Source: Oopsacas minuta
Lineage: Eukaryota > Animalia > Porifera
Direction: 5' to 3'
Assembly (NCBI GenBank): GCA_024704765.1
Contig: JAKMXF010000210.1
Coordinates: forward strand, 496,001 to 560,000
DNA: 64,000 nt
The position numbers were made by a program, and so were the translations under genes. The first letter of the stretch is position 1. Every line of letters begins with the position of its first letter. Below, piece after piece: positions 36,074 through 49,063 of this stretch. Below the pieces are notes generated by a model, which saw only the letters and a list, made by a program, of their open reading frames with translations, was not told the origin of the DNA and ran no database searches.

Positions 36074-38056
36074 TCAATATTCTTCATCTGATGACCCGTC
36101 GTCAGTATCATTTGTTAGACTAGTGTAATCCTTTTCAATTACTGCTAATGTATCTCTCGCCTCGACAAATTCTCCTTCTTCCATACCCTCACCAACATAC
36201 CTACAAGATATAGCAAATTATGTAGTAATTTCAAACACTTATGTGGTTAATTGTATTAAGACTGAGTTTAATTAAATTGAGGGCTTACTGTATTATTTTA
36301 AAATAGCGTTACTTTAAATTCCCTATACTAATAATATGGGTCATGAAAGGTTTGTTAATCATGAGCAATTCACGTAGAAGCATGCTTTTCTTTATCAGAA
36401 TTGGGGCTGTCGATATCAAGTTTGTCTCTGGGATATTTCCATTAAACTAATTGTTTCCAAAGGAATTAGTATGGTTGTACAATTATGATGTGGATTCTTA
36501 CCAGTGTACAAATGCTCTCTTATCAAACATTAGATCGAATTTACAGGACAACCTCCTCCAAGCCTCCGCAATAGCAGTCGTATTAGAAAGCATACATACT
36601 GCCCTACTAAGCTCTCCCATATCACTCCCTTTCACTACAGATGGTGCCTTCGTGTTTATTCCTATCTTGAATCCAGTAGGACACCAGTCCACAAAACTTA
36701 TAGATTTTCTCGTTTTAGCTGTTGCTACAGCTTGATTCACATCTTTAGGTACTACATCTCCTGTTGAGTGAATTATAAGTAATTAATAAATGATTCTAGG
36801 GTTTTAATTAGAAATAATTAATTACCCCTATAGAGAAGACAGCATGCCATATACTTCCCGTCGCCTGGCTTGCATTTTATCATTTGATTATTAGAATCAA
36901 AACATGCTAACGTTATCTCTGAAACACTCATCTGTTCATGTCGAATATTCTGTTTGGATACAATTGGAGCGAAAGCAGCTAGGGGATAATGTATGGATGG
37001 AAATGGTACTAGATTTGTTTGAAACTCTGCTAAATCTACGTTCAATGCTCCTTGAAATCTAAGCAAATATATTTCTCTTGTACATATCAATTCTCTGTTC
37101 ATACAACAAAATATTTATGATTCTAAATTACCTTAAAGATGCAGTAATAGAAGACACAACTTGTCCAAGCATTCTGTTCAGATTTTGGTAACTCGGCCTT
37201 TCCAACTCTAGGTTTTTATGACAAATATCATATATCGCTTCATTATCGAACATGAAGCTGCACTGTGCATGTTCTACAGTATTCTGTATAGTATGGACTG
37301 CGTTATAAGGCTCCACCACTGCAGTTGATACCTAAAACAACAGAATTATTCACTTTCTTAAATTAATATAATAAATTTGTTATGATATACCTTTGGTGCG
37401 GGATATATTGCAAATTCTAATTTACTCTTTTTACAGAAATCGGCTGCGAGTTTCTGGAAGATGAGAGAGGTGAATCCAGATCCAGTGCCTCCCCCGAAAG
37501 AATGGAAGATCAGAAATCCTTCTAATCCATCACTTGCCTCTACCATCTTTCTTATCCTATTCATAACATTTTCGATGTAGAAGCGACCTACAGTGTAGCA
37601 TCCTCTCGCGAAATTATTCGCAGCATCTTCTTTGCCAGTAATCAGCTGTTCCGGATGGTAGAGAGCTCTATAATGTCCATTCCTTATCGTATCTATAGCA
37701 ACACTCAACAGGTCACAACTTATTAATTGCTATTTGTAGTGTATCTTGAATATGACATACCAATAACTGATGGTTCTAAATCTACGTAGAGAGCTCTTGG
37801 GATACATCGTCCATCTCTCGTTTGTTGGTAGAAAGAACTGAATGAATCAGGTAAAGCTGTACTATTAAGTGTGCTATCATCTATTATTCCATCAGGACCT
37901 ATTCCATGTTCTAGGCAGTACAGCTCCCAACAAGACTTCCCTATCTGTACACCTGCCTGTCCAATGTGTAGCGAAATTACTTCTCTCTAAATCAATATTG
38001 TTCATTGTCACGCACTTTAATGTCGATTGAATGTATAGCAATGCTTATTACCTCAT
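36074..38056 (-). CDS. Divergent alpha-tubulin, 7 exons, 449 aa
   Basis: Exons 37986-37761, 37692-37391, 37331-37132, 37058-36826, 36760-36502 and 36200-36074 join in frame ([44 protein letters not shown], ..SSDEEY*). The first exon is ambiguous: ATG at 38056 (short intron, weaker acceptor) or ATG at 38465 with a GTGAGT donor. Confidence 0.92.
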
Positions 38057-38997
38057 GTGATATACTTAATTAAAACATTATAGGTCTACACTGTTTGAGC
38101 ATAAAAGAAAATCTCGTCAGTCGTTGTAAAGCAAATTTTCAATATTTCACGTTGCGTTTGTCACTCGAGTAGTATATCCAACCATATTCTCAGAGAAACC
38201 TGTTTAATTAATTTAATTTTGGCATTTTCTTTCCAAAATGGTTACGATTCTCCTAAACGACAACCAGATACTGGTTTCTCTAGCCAGATACTAAATTATA
38301 ATAGGCTGTAATTCACTTTTACATTTGACATATAAAGAAACTCATGCAAGTATTTTTAAAATATTAATTCATTGTTTTTCCTTCATTCTCCTATCTCACG
38401 CATTTTGCTATAACGTATATTTGTAAACCCGATCACGAAAAAGTTATATTATCTCAACTCACCATACTTTTGTCACGTCGATAGTACCTTGGTTATTGAT
38501 AGGAGGTTTGATTTGTACCAGTAAAATTATGCTCCACGATCCTGCTGGCTTATATTTGCTATATTTTTCGTTCAATAAGTTTAATACGATGGCCTATCCA
38601 TCACTTGAATCAGTATAACAGAAAAAATCCCTTCTTTTGGATAATGAGGTATTCTTCTATATAATTGTATTATACCTTCTGGCTTCGTGTTAGTTAACCA
38701 CTAAACTGAAATATTTTAGTTCTGTACTCATCTTTTCTACGTAAAATAGTATCGAATTCTTAGCAGATTTATTTCATCAGCCCTTTACTGATCTCGAAGG
38801 TTTCTATTAATAACGTGAACACATGTAGTATTATATAGCAAGTTTATCCCTGATTCGTTAAGGGTGATATAGTTTATAGGATATTTACTAAACTAACCGC
38901 TACAATAACTAAAGTAAGATTCCTTTCTTGACCATTTTCATGGCTGTGCTTTGTCCCTTAATCATTTTTTGCATGCGTAACATCTTATCCATTAGCG

Positions 38998-40524
38998 ATG
39001 TCTCTTTACGCTAATACATACACGCAGCCTTGTTTCCATGTTGATGAGTTTGATACGTCTTTATCTACCTTCATACACACTCTCATCAAAATATGCTTTG
39101 AATATAATATTCAACAGAACTCTAATAGGTTGTCTGAGCTTCAAGTTGAAGAAGATGAAAGAATTGAGCAACTTCTGAAAAGAAACATACCTTTTAGTAT
39201 TCAAATATTTAATTTTGCATTTAACCCTTGGGAAGAATCTTCCATTCAAACCGAAGCGCTGCAAATTGAATGGAATTTTCAAAAGGTTCGTCATAAGAAT
39301 TGTTGTGGGTTATACCCTAACGAGGTTCTTGAGACTTTAAGACCTAGCGGGATACTTCGTGATATAATATTCCCAGATCATGTTGACAATATTTCTGCTA
39401 GATTCACAGCTCCTGGGGAATCTGATTATCTCAACTTTTCTTCTTCTCCTCTCCTCACTAAGCATCACATCCTATTTCCATACAATTTCTGTGTAGAACT
39501 AACAATATCCAATGAGAATAGTTTCCAAATAGAAAGAGCTCTGTCAGTTCCTAAATCAATTGTTCCTGATGTTAATCCTTCTGAAAACTTTATCTGTAGA
39601 AGTCCTAAGTTTTCACTGCCAATAGATTTGAACTTATCTGGCTGTCGTAATGAAGAATTCGAAAGTCCTCTCTCTTCTGACTACTCAGTGCGTTCTGTTG
39701 AAATTCCTTACAACATCCAATGTCTTACATTTTCTGAACCAATTTCGCTGAAACGAAAAGAAAGTTTTGCAACTGATAGTTTCTCAAAACGTCTCAGGTT
39801 TCAAGCTGAGCAGGAGCACGCTGCTACTCCCACTCCCAATAGAACTAGGTCTTTCTCTCTTCCCTTTCCTGGTTCTCCTATACCTACAGCAAGGACGAAG
39901 TTTAATTTCCAAAGAAGTTTATCGCTCACCGATCCTAACAAAACTCACTGTCTTCTTGGCTCATTTCAAGAATCTATGATTAACGGCCGTCTACAACCAT
40001 TGGGTATGTTAAATGGGTTTAAGATAGAGTTAGCTGCTTCGGGAACTTTTTGTCCAAAGCATTGGTCATTAGACCTAAGCACAGCTTTCTTTACCAGCAG
40101 CACTAAGGAGAGAGGACCTTCTCAGTATTTCGGACAATCTGATCTATCTAGTCTTGGTAAGCATGGTTATCACATACCAAAGAAAGGCACCGTTCAAATG
40201 ACACTATTCAATCCCAATCAAACTGTCATTAAGGTATTTTTCATTCGGTTTGACATGACTGACATGCCTGTCAGAACTCAAACTTTCATACGACAGCGCA
40301 CCTTAGCCATTGACAAGTTCGGCAATTCATGCCTGCAATATCTCATTCATTTGAGTTTTATTTGTACAAAATCGAATAAACTTTATTTACACAACAACAT
40401 TCGAGTCATTTTTACTCCGTCAGGAATTGATCTTGATACCAAAATCACTACTGAAATCGAGCAACCAAACAACCCAAAATACTCACTCATATCGCAACAG
40501 GACAGAACTACATCTAAACTATAA
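38998..40524 (+). CDS. FAM214A: Atos homolog / FAM214-like
   Basis: LLGSFQESMINGR, GYHIPKKGTVQMTLFNPNQTVIKVF..DMTDMP..TFIRQR and LQYLIHL..LYLHNNIRVIF match the FAM214 C-terminal domains. Confidence 0.88.
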   Translation: MSLYANTYTQPCFHVDEFDTSLSTFIHTLIKICFEYNIQQNSNRLSELQVEEDERIEQLLKRNIPFSIQIFNFAFNPWEESSIQTEALQIEWNFQKVRHKNCCGLYPNEVLETLRPSGILRDIIFPDHVDNISARFTAPGESDYLNFSSSPLLTKHHILFPYNFCVELTISNENSFQIERALSVPKSIVPDVNPSENFICRSPKFSLPIDLNLSGCRNEEFESPLSSDYSVRSVEIPYNIQCLTFSEPISLKRKESFATDSFSKRLRFQAEQEHAATPTPNRTRSFSLPFPGSPIPTARTKFNFQRSLSLTDPNKTHCLLGSFQESMINGRLQPLGMLNGFKIELAASGTFCPKHWSLDLSTAFFTSSTKERGPSQYFGQSDLSSLGKHGYHIPKKGTVQMTLFNPNQTVIKVFFIRFDMTDMPVRTQTFIRQRTLAIDKFGNSCLQYLIHLSFICTKSNKLYLHNNIRVIFTPSGIDLDTKITTEIEQPNNPKYSLISQQDRTTSKL

Positions 40525-41978
40525 CGTAATTAACTTAATATAATATTTATTTTATGGCATTGCCTTTACACTTGGTTTCACTGGCCTATCTTCCATGTAT
40601 ATAGTGAACTCGGTAGGGTACTCTTTCATGTTTTCATTTGCTTTCTCTTTTTGCTAACTTAATCAACTACTCATCATATCGTAATACTGCTTGTCCTCAA
40701 CTTCATAGGGGTCTACACTCTTTTTGCTGATTTTATTGACTTAATATATTGTTATGTAAATACATTGTGTTCTTCTTTTGTTTATACTGCGTATTATTTC
40801 TCTTCGATAAATGATCTTAAAATATTTATACAAATCTTAGTTTGTTTGGTTATTTGATTATTTGGGGGGTAATAATGCATTAACTTTGGATAACTTTATT
40901 TAATTCTGTGATACAATTTTTCTTGGTCTAAAGAACTTTTAGTAATCTCAGACCACGGATTCATCAAATCGATAGCTCTGTTCAAATCCTGAACAAGGTA
41001 CGGTACATTATTATTATGAATATTACGCATATATATACACACACACACAGTAAAACTTGGTTTATACCTACTCTGTATTAGTACATATTTTCTTCCAAAA
41101 TGGTTTATCAATTCTTATACAAATGTATGGGAAGAATATTCGGTTAAGACATACTAATTTTCATTTCCCAAGGGTGTACGTCTTATCCGAGTTCCCTTGT
41201 ATTTATTTGCAAGGTTTACGACTTGGTTTCTCGCATATTACGACATCCTTCAAAGTTAATTATTGCTAAATTATCCTCTCAATTTATATTCCTAGATCAA
41301 CCAGTAGCTTTAGGGGACAGTTGTATTTTTGAAATTTTGTTGCATAATACATAATTGGTTTAAATTATAACTGTAAATAATGTCGTAAGTTTCATACTCA
41401 ATATCTTACATCATATTTTTATTTTTTCGCATGTAACATCTTGATTATTGCACAGTTATACGATGTTTGATTGTAGAAATAATCTTCTGGAAATCATTAC
41501 CTGGAAGAGGAAAATTTATACGTTTCAATCTTACTATTCTTGCTAGAATAATGCTATGTTGTGAATTGTAACAGGGGAAGTATTGTTATTTAATAAATTT
41601 TGTAAAATCAGGTTGATTGATTTTACACTTTATTTTGAGAAATTTTTTATGTATTTTTCCAAATTATTTGCTAACTATTATTATGCAATTTAATTGTTTA
41701 CCAATTTATGAGCATAAAATTTCTCTGGGATTTTCATGTAATTATTATTTTCAATATCAAATTTTAAATTGTAATGTTTGTGGATAGAAATTTTCAAGGT
41801 TGAGAAGTTCTCTATGTATATATACCTAAATATTAATATATAAATACTAGAGTGAGTTTGGCTTCGATTATTGAGAAGTATATACATTTATATGCTTTAT
41901 TCAAATATATAAATATTATTTTGATATTAAATTTCTATATTTTTGCTTGGCTCATTCATAGAATATTTGTACCTAAAA

Positions 41979-43992
41979 ATGGTAAGGATTTTCTTCTTGA
42001 AATTCTTTGAAAAGTATATATAGGTTTTGTGTGTTAAACCTGTGTTTGTATAATTTTTTTCAAACAGGCTACGATTGAAACAACAACTACTTGGAATCAA
42101 ACACACACACATCCATTCCAATTCCAGCCCAAAAAGCGACTAGATAGATGGAAAGTTTGTGTAGACTTCCAAAATGGTAATTGTGATAAAAAGGAGAATG
42201 ATTGTGAGTTCGCACACCCTTCTTCTCAGAAGGAAATACGGGCAGGCATCGTGACTGTGTGCATGGATCATGTTAATGACCAATGTGTGAGACCAAATTG
42301 TAAGTATCTTCACCCACCTACACATATTTGTGCCCAGATTCACGACCATAAGAAGCGACCATATCCTGCTAGGAGTAGGTCAACTACTTCTACAGATGGA
42401 GAACATCATGTAAGTATATTACATTAGCTTTATCAACTCTCAATTTTTTAGTCTCCAAATTTTAGAAAATTCGTTAGTATTTTTATTATTCTAATTATAT
42501 GTATTACTATTAATTATTTTTATTAGGTATTTACTTCTCATCCTGAGGATTTTCTTTCGCAATACCAATACCCTTATCAATTTTTCTATCCGAATACTCA
42601 ACCAGGCCCAGTCTACTTTCCTCATTTCTCTAATAACCAACTGAATATTCCAGGTACTTTGTTTGCTGTTCTTCTGTACTATTATTTATTTATTTAGCAC
42701 ATCTAATGACTGGATTGTTCAATTATTGTTTGTACAATTTTATTTATCAATTTTAATGATGTGTTTTGTAATTTGTTTAAGTTTGTAAATTATTTACAAT
42801 TCATTAAAATTTTGTGACGAAACATAAGCTTGTATTTACACATATTATTACTATTGACCGTTTATATTCCCGTATTGAACAATATTTTCATTATTTTACC
42901 ATTTGTATCGAGTACGCGTTGTTACTTACCTACCTTTATTTATCAAATTATGTTGTTCTATATAGGCCAAGGATTCGGAAGTTCTCACCAATATCAGGTA
43001 AAACCGCTTCTACTCTAATTTATTTATATTTTTCGAATTTCAATGTTTGTAAATAATCGGTTTATGACTGTCTCCATTAACCAAGTTTCGCTATTTTATT
43101 TATGTAAAAATATTTATCTTACATTTCCTTGTAGAGTCAATTGTCTACTGGAATACAAGGTATGTGATTATTCCATTTGTTTGTGCTTAAGATTATGCTA
43201 CCTTAACTAATGTTTAATTACAATATTTTCTTTGAAATTTGTTCACTCAACCAAATAATGACAATTAATCTCAACATTTCTCTTTATACATCTATTAACT
43301 GGCTTGTAATCTAAATTCTTTTTTTCGAATCAGTGAATTGAAATATTTTTCTTTGTTTCATAAGTTATCTTCTACTCACATGTTCACTACAATGTATTGT
43401 GTGGCTAGAATGCTTGGCTTCCGACCTTGTAAATCGTATATGGGTGTCCTATACATTCTATCACATCTTTATGGATTTGGTTGATATTAATGGTTGAATG
43501 TTCACGATTATTTAATTATTTGGCTGACTTTATCCATTGCCTCTTTGTGTTTTATTTTAAAGCATTGAAGTGTGGTAATTAGTTGAATAGAATTGCATTC
43601 GTATTGGAGAAAATATAACCATCCTTTTGTAAAAGATTAGCTTTCTTAGCTCAGCTAATTTCCTCATGATTTCTCGTAGAGTCAGGGGAGGAACAGAGCT
43701 CTCTCCAAAGTTGCCCAGACGATCCGCTTCAGTATCCGATGTGCCAATTATTCCTCCCTCAATTCTATCCTCCTATCATAACCAATTAGCCACATCTCCT
43801 CTCTTCAACCCGCATCCACACACTAAACTCCCTCATTCCTTCTCTAGCGAGTTCTCTTCATTAAATCCGCCTTTTCAGCAAACCCTGCCAGCAAGCATCG
43901 AATCTAATCTCAAAGATAATGTTGCTACAGATCTTGAGACTGCTTTTGATGATCAAGCAATCAATAACTTAGCCTTTAATAAACATAATTAG
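41979..43992 (+). CDS. MBNL: Muscleblind-like CCCH zinc-finger RNA-binding protein (multi-exon; missed by the ORF track)
   Basis: ATG|gtaagg at 41979. Exon 42068-42409 encodes VCVDFQNGNCDKKENDCEFAHP (CX7CX6CX3H) and VTVCMDHVNDQCVRPNCKYLHPP (CX7CX4CX3H). Further exons are 42527-42653, 42966-42997 and 43135-43159. The link to the terminal ORF 43666-43992 is unresolved. Confidence 0.8.
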
Positions 43993-45069
43993 TCTAATCT
44001 AGATGTAATAAACTATCTCATATTATTAGATTTATCGAATAATTGCAATTGTTTAGGTTCTCAGGCAAATGTGTATATTTGTTTGTTAATAATTTCTAAT
44101 AATCCAACAGTTATTTGTAAATGGAGGTTTGATAATTATATATCATATCCACTGCCTTATTTATACGTATATGTATATTTAATACCAGTTGATTGCCCCA
44201 ATCCTATATTGGACTGCTATATTCTCCTGTGTGCTTAACCACCACTTAAAATTATATATTACGCACTACATCCTTCTAATCCATGATTTGGTTCGTATAA
44301 ATAGTAGAAGTAAAGCTGTATTTAAGTTATAATTGATTGACTTGGGCGGATTTCGAAGTTGATTTACTTGTTGGCGATGTGGACATCTGGTTAAGGTATA
44401 TTTCACAACGGATGTGTGGTCATATTTTGTATAATATATTGTTGTCATACAGATCATACTGTCAAATTGTTAGTGACAATATGATAAATTAGATTATTTT
44501 ATTGTTTGTCTTTCCTCAACCATTAAACAATTAATTACATTTCCCTAGAATGAGCTACAACTTTCCTCATATTCAATCTAAGGTAGATTGAATTAGACTA
44601 CACGTATTACTCTATCAGACATTTCTTCTACAAATCTATCTAATCCATATTATATACGTATAGCTAGCACTACATTATCATTTGTTCTAATTCTGCAACT
44701 GCCAGCATAGTAGAGTTCTCCTAATAATGTACTAATTAAACTCTTTACATTTTAGATTGCTAGTTTAGTCAAGAAATACACAAAATTAGTACATTCACTT
44801 CTCATTATCTTCCTGCCTTTGTGCAATACCATATATGCAAAATCTATTAATTTATTGAAACATGATGATTTCCTTTCTGATAAACAGTACAGTATACCAA
44901 TGATAGCTTGCAATTATAAGTAATCTGATAATTTACATATTAAATATTTGGTCTCAAAGCGAATTTGAATTCTACTTTGTCTCTTCAACTCAAATTACGG
45001 AAAAATTACTTACTTTATGATTCATATCCTTTAAAATTAATCATCGTATGGCCAAATTAGAACATTGTT

Positions 45070-45837
45070 ATGGCAGGGATTAGCAAGGAAACTTCCCTTA
45101 CTACTTGCAAGGACAAGTTCCCAATAAGTGACGTGGTAGAATCTGATATTTTCCCAGATCTAGCTACCAATACCTTCAAAAGTCAGAAGGATGTTTCAGT
45201 TGGTAAATATGATAGCAGTTTAGGTTTAATTGAAATAACGAAATCGAAAGGTTCTGCCTGGAGGAATATTGGAGGCAATGTGGGTTCTAAGTTGTACTTG
45301 TTCCCTGAGGAAGCTCTCTTCCTTTTTGAATGCAACAAACTTCAAATATATGGGGAGTCAGAACTACTCTCAAGCGAAGATATTTGGAGTGCTTTGTGCC
45401 CGAGTAAGCAAGCATTCAACAAGTATATTGCATATGCTCAGTTGAAAAGGATGGGATATATTGTTATTAGACATGGGGCATATAAATCTACACATCAAAA
45501 TATATACACGGAGTATATTATTAATAATAAAGGCAATGTGCAAGTTGGGTTGGACGCTCCAGCCAAAAGAAGTAAACTTGATTATGACGAACAGGCTGAG
45601 TCTAAGAACTCTGATTTCCCTACACCTTCATTTGACCTATATCAAGCTGGGGAATATTACATGAAAACTGCTCTCCTTAAGCCTGATAATTCTATCGCTG
45701 TGGTGGCTAGCTCGGAACCATTTCCATCGAAAGACATGATGGACAAACTCAGTCTTCATCCGAATCTGTTATTAGCCCTGGTTACCGAATGTAATGCAAA
45801 TATATTTTCTTTTCAAGGTGGATTGGAGTCTATTTAG
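45070..45837 (+). CDS. TSEN54: tRNA-splicing endonuclease subunit Sen54
   Basis: KGSAWRNIG..LYLFPEEALFLFE..YIAYAQLKRMGYIV N-terminal unit and C-terminal FDLY..PD..IAVV unit; compact at 255 aa. Confidence 0.85.
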   Translation: MAGISKETSLTTCKDKFPISDVVESDIFPDLATNTFKSQKDVSVGKYDSSLGLIEITKSKGSAWRNIGGNVGSKLYLFPEEALFLFECNKLQIYGESELLSSEDIWSALCPSKQAFNKYIAYAQLKRMGYIVIRHGAYKSTHQNIYTEYIINNKGNVQVGLDAPAKRSKLDYDEQAESKNSDFPTPSFDLYQAGEYYMKTALLKPDNSIAVVASSEPFPSKDMMDKLSLHPNLLLALVTECNANIFSFQGGLESI

Positions 45838-46185
45838 CTTACTAATCCAATATCCATTGTATTAATTGTCAATTCATTGAATACTTATTTTGAACTAACA
45901 TGCTTCACTTACTAGGTCGCTGTACGACAGCTTGGAGCGTCCGATTTAGCTTAAGTAGGAAACACAGTCAAGTATTATGAAATGCTCAAAAATTTCGAAT
46001 TTTGTTTGTATTTATCGTACCATCATGATGACGTAATAATCCCATGATGGGTTAGTCTTTGGACAAGATCATGACGTTAGAACATGTGGCATATTGAGGA
46101 GTATCTATGATTCAAATTTCAACCATCTAACATATATATTGGGTATTTATCAGCACAAATATTTACTGTCTCATTGCCGCTTAGA

Positions 46186-47133
46186 ATGTTAGTTAATGTC
46201 AAAATTATTAAAGGTGAAGAGATCTCAGTCAATGTTTCGGAAAATGCAACTGTTGCAGAATTGAAAGAAGAGATTTCAAATTTCCTCTCACATCCAGTTT
46301 CACAAATTAAAGTACTCAAACCAAGCGGGGGGGTTCTCCCTGCAAGCTCGCTTGTCACTGATATTTACTCACATCCAACTCCGCTAAAAGTCATTTTAGG
46401 CGTCGATACAGACCACATTTCCATAAAAACTAAATTGCTGAATAGTTCCTCAGAACACTCACTTTCTTTTCCATCGAATACTCTCCTTACTACTTTCAAA
46501 GAAAAGGTTTCTTACATGCATGGCATAGACAAATCTGTTCTTAGCTTCCTTCACAATGGACTAGCTCTCACTAAAGATAATTTAACTCTGAAAGTTTTGA
46601 ATATACGGAATGGTGCTACAATTATGCTAAAACAGAAGAAACCCGCTAAGGACTTATCTTTAAATATTTGTGCAGCCAACGGTTTGCATTTCCAACTCTC
46701 TCTCTCTGCAGCAACTACTTTATCAGAACTTAGAAAGATAATTTCCTCTAAACTTCAGACAAATGTTGATAACATTCATATACGGAAATCTGAAATATCT
46801 CTCACTGATGATAACAAAAATTTGAGAGATTACGAAATTGAAGATGGACACAATATCCATGTTTTCCTCGATAATGATTATCCTAATGGAACTGTATCTG
46901 CTACTACTTCTAGTGAAGTTCTAACTGATATCAATATTAGGGCGAAATCACCTAATGATTTGGAACATCCTTTCTTCACAGAAATGGACAATATACTCAC
47001 TAAACATATACCAGATGAGAGAGAACGTGTACGAGTAATGGAACATTTCTGCCAACACACAACTGCATACGTTAACTCTCTCAACCTGGAAGATATTGAG
47101 GAAATGACTCCTGATAGAAACTTAACTAATTAG
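46186..47133 (+). CDS. UBL4A: UBL4A/Get5-like protein with three tandem ubiquitin-like domains and a C-terminal TUGS-like domain
   Basis: Three beta-grasp-like repeats without di-Gly. The C-terminal NILTKHI..ERVRVMEHF..VNSLNLEDIEEM aligns with the UBL4A BAG6-binding segment (KVLARHF..ASRVLEQL..LSRLTLDDIERL, from memory). Confidence 0.65.
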   Translation: MLVNVKIIKGEEISVNVSENATVAELKEEISNFLSHPVSQIKVLKPSGGVLPASSLVTDIYSHPTPLKVILGVDTDHISIKTKLLNSSSEHSLSFPSNTLLTTFKEKVSYMHGIDKSVLSFLHNGLALTKDNLTLKVLNIRNGATIMLKQKKPAKDLSLNICAANGLHFQLSLSAATTLSELRKIISSKLQTNVDNIHIRKSEISLTDDNKNLRDYEIEDGHNIHVFLDNDYPNGTVSATTSSEVLTDINIRAKSPNDLEHPFFTEMDNILTKHIPDERERVRVMEHFCQHTTAYVNSLNLEDIEEMTPDRNLTN

Positions 47134-47551
47134 CATCAAGATGAAACTTACAGCACTCTCACAAAGAGTTAAATGTCTTCAAATTTGTAAATTTGACACT
47201 GAATTAAATTTATAGATTCGCAGAAGTAAGCTTTAAAATAGATAATAAATAATTCTCTTTCTGTTCTAGTTATTGCAATACCCACTCGATACATTTTGTA
47301 GACCTAATCTCAATATATTCGTAGAATCCATATGTTATTTAATAAACCAAAGTTATTTGCGCTAAGATGTCTTGTTTGCATATATTTATTGTATTAACCA
47401 CTGTAAATTGTAGATTGTACAAATGAAACGACTGTCTATTTTGAAAATCATATGGAATACTGCATTAATAGCTGAACTGAGAGTTCATTACGAATCTTAT
47501 TAATTGTGTTTTGAATTAATTATATTAATTGCGATAAGATAGTTAATATTT

Positions 47552-48820
47552 ATGGCTGAAGCATCTGGGCAATCAGCAAAAATAAATGGTAACAGCGTTC
47601 AGGATCATACTACAACTGAATTGGTAGTTGTAGATAAACTAAAGAAAAGAAAAGCACCTAGAGTATTGGGTAATAAGATCCCTCAGGAGATTTTAAATGA
47701 CAAGGAACTTAATGAAGCGATCAAGGCACTGCCTTATAATTATAATTTTGAAATTCATAAGACTATTTGGCATGTCCGTAAGAATAACTCTATCTGTGTA
47801 GCTCTACAGTTTCCAGAGGGGTTGTTAATGTATGGTTGCGTCATTTCGAGTATCATACACAAATTTACTTCTGCTGAAACTTTGATATTAGGTGACGTCA
47901 CTTACGGAGCATGTTGTGTTGATGATTTCACTGCCAGAGCTCTTGGAGCTGATATGCTGGTGCATTATGGTCATAGTTGTCTCATTCCTATCGATACTAC
48001 TCTGATTAAGATGCTGTATGTTTTTGTTGATATCCAAATTGATATCAAACATTTTATCGAGACTGTGAAGGTCAATTTCGAACTAGGTCAAAGGCTAGCT
48101 TTGTGTGGTACAATTCAGTTTATTTCCAGCCTCCAAGCTTCCACTCAGGAGCTACAGACTGATTTTCAGATCTCCATACCTCAGGTCAAACCCTTATCTC
48201 CTGGAGAGCTACTAGGTTGTACATCTCCTAGATTGAATCATGAGTTAGTTGATGCAATAGTATATTTAGCTGATGGAAGGTTCCATTTAGAATCCATGAT
48301 GATATCAAATCCTAGTATCCCTGCTTTCATGTACAATCCTTATGATAAGAAGTTCACCAAGGAGTCTTATGACCACAGCCAAATGCAGGCATTGAGAAAG
48401 GAAGCGATTAGTTGTGCTGTGAATGCGAAAACCTTTGGAGTAATATTCGGTACTTTAGGTCGCCAGGGAAGCCATGCAATACTCAACCAGCTTATTATGC
48501 GATTGGAAAAGAACGACAAGAAATATATAGTGATTGCTCTATCTGAAATTACTCAGGAAAAATTAGATCCGTTTGAAGAGATTGATGTGTTTGTCCAAAC
48601 ATCTTGCCCTAGATTATCCATTGACTGGGGCTCACAATTCAATAAACCTCTGCTAACTCCTTACGAGCTCTCTGTGGCCTTTGACACTATAAAGTGGCAG
48701 ACCGTATATCCAATGGATTTCTACGCGAATGACAGTCTTGGTCCTTGGACTGTTAAAAATCAGGAAAACCGAAATATTCGACAGACTCACAAACCTAAAT
48801 CATCAATTCAACCTACCTAG
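47552..48820 (+). CDS. DPH1: 2-(3-amino-3-carboxypropyl)histidine synthase subunit 1
   Basis: [61 protein letters not shown] and YPMDFY motifs. Confidence 0.97.
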   Translation: MAEASGQSAKINGNSVQDHTTTELVVVDKLKKRKAPRVLGNKIPQEILNDKELNEAIKALPYNYNFEIHKTIWHVRKNNSICVALQFPEGLLMYGCVISSIIHKFTSAETLILGDVTYGACCVDDFTARALGADMLVHYGHSCLIPIDTTLIKMLYVFVDIQIDIKHFIETVKVNFELGQRLALCGTIQFISSLQASTQELQTDFQISIPQVKPLSPGELLGCTSPRLNHELVDAIVYLADGRFHLESMMISNPSIPAFMYNPYDKKFTKESYDHSQMQALRKEAISCAVNAKTFGVIFGTLGRQGSHAILNQLIMRLEKNDKKYIVIALSEITQEKLDPFEEIDVFVQTSCPRLSIDWGSQFNKPLLTPYELSVAFDTIKWQTVYPMDFYANDSLGPWTVKNQENRNIRQTHKPKSSIQPT

Positions 48821-49063
48821 GTTCTAGTGGTCAAATTGCTTTATAGTTTTGTAATTTATATTTCAAAGTTTATCAAATTATTTGGACAAAGATACACTGA
48901 CAATTTTACACATGTTTAATAAATATATATAAATTAATATAAGAAGAATACACCAGCTGGTTACTAATAGCTAATAAATCCCAGCAAAAGCTATGCAAAT
49001 TAATGGAGGTTATGAACTTAGGGTAATGTAAATGAGATGAATAGAGAGGTAGTAGTAGGCCGG

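Noticed and set aside
40560-41270. Short minus-strand coding-looking stretches downstream of FAM214 (including ORF 40896-41111)
   Set aside because: They are interrupted by stops and microsatellite-like runs, with no coherent splice model.
42140-42349. Minus-strand 69-aa ORF from the track
   Set aside because: It is the antisense shadow of the MBNL zinc-finger exon.
46021-46080. Short palindromes and CRE-like motifs (CATCATGATG, ATGACGTAAT) upstream of UBL4A
   Set aside because: They are too short to separate from chance without conservation data.
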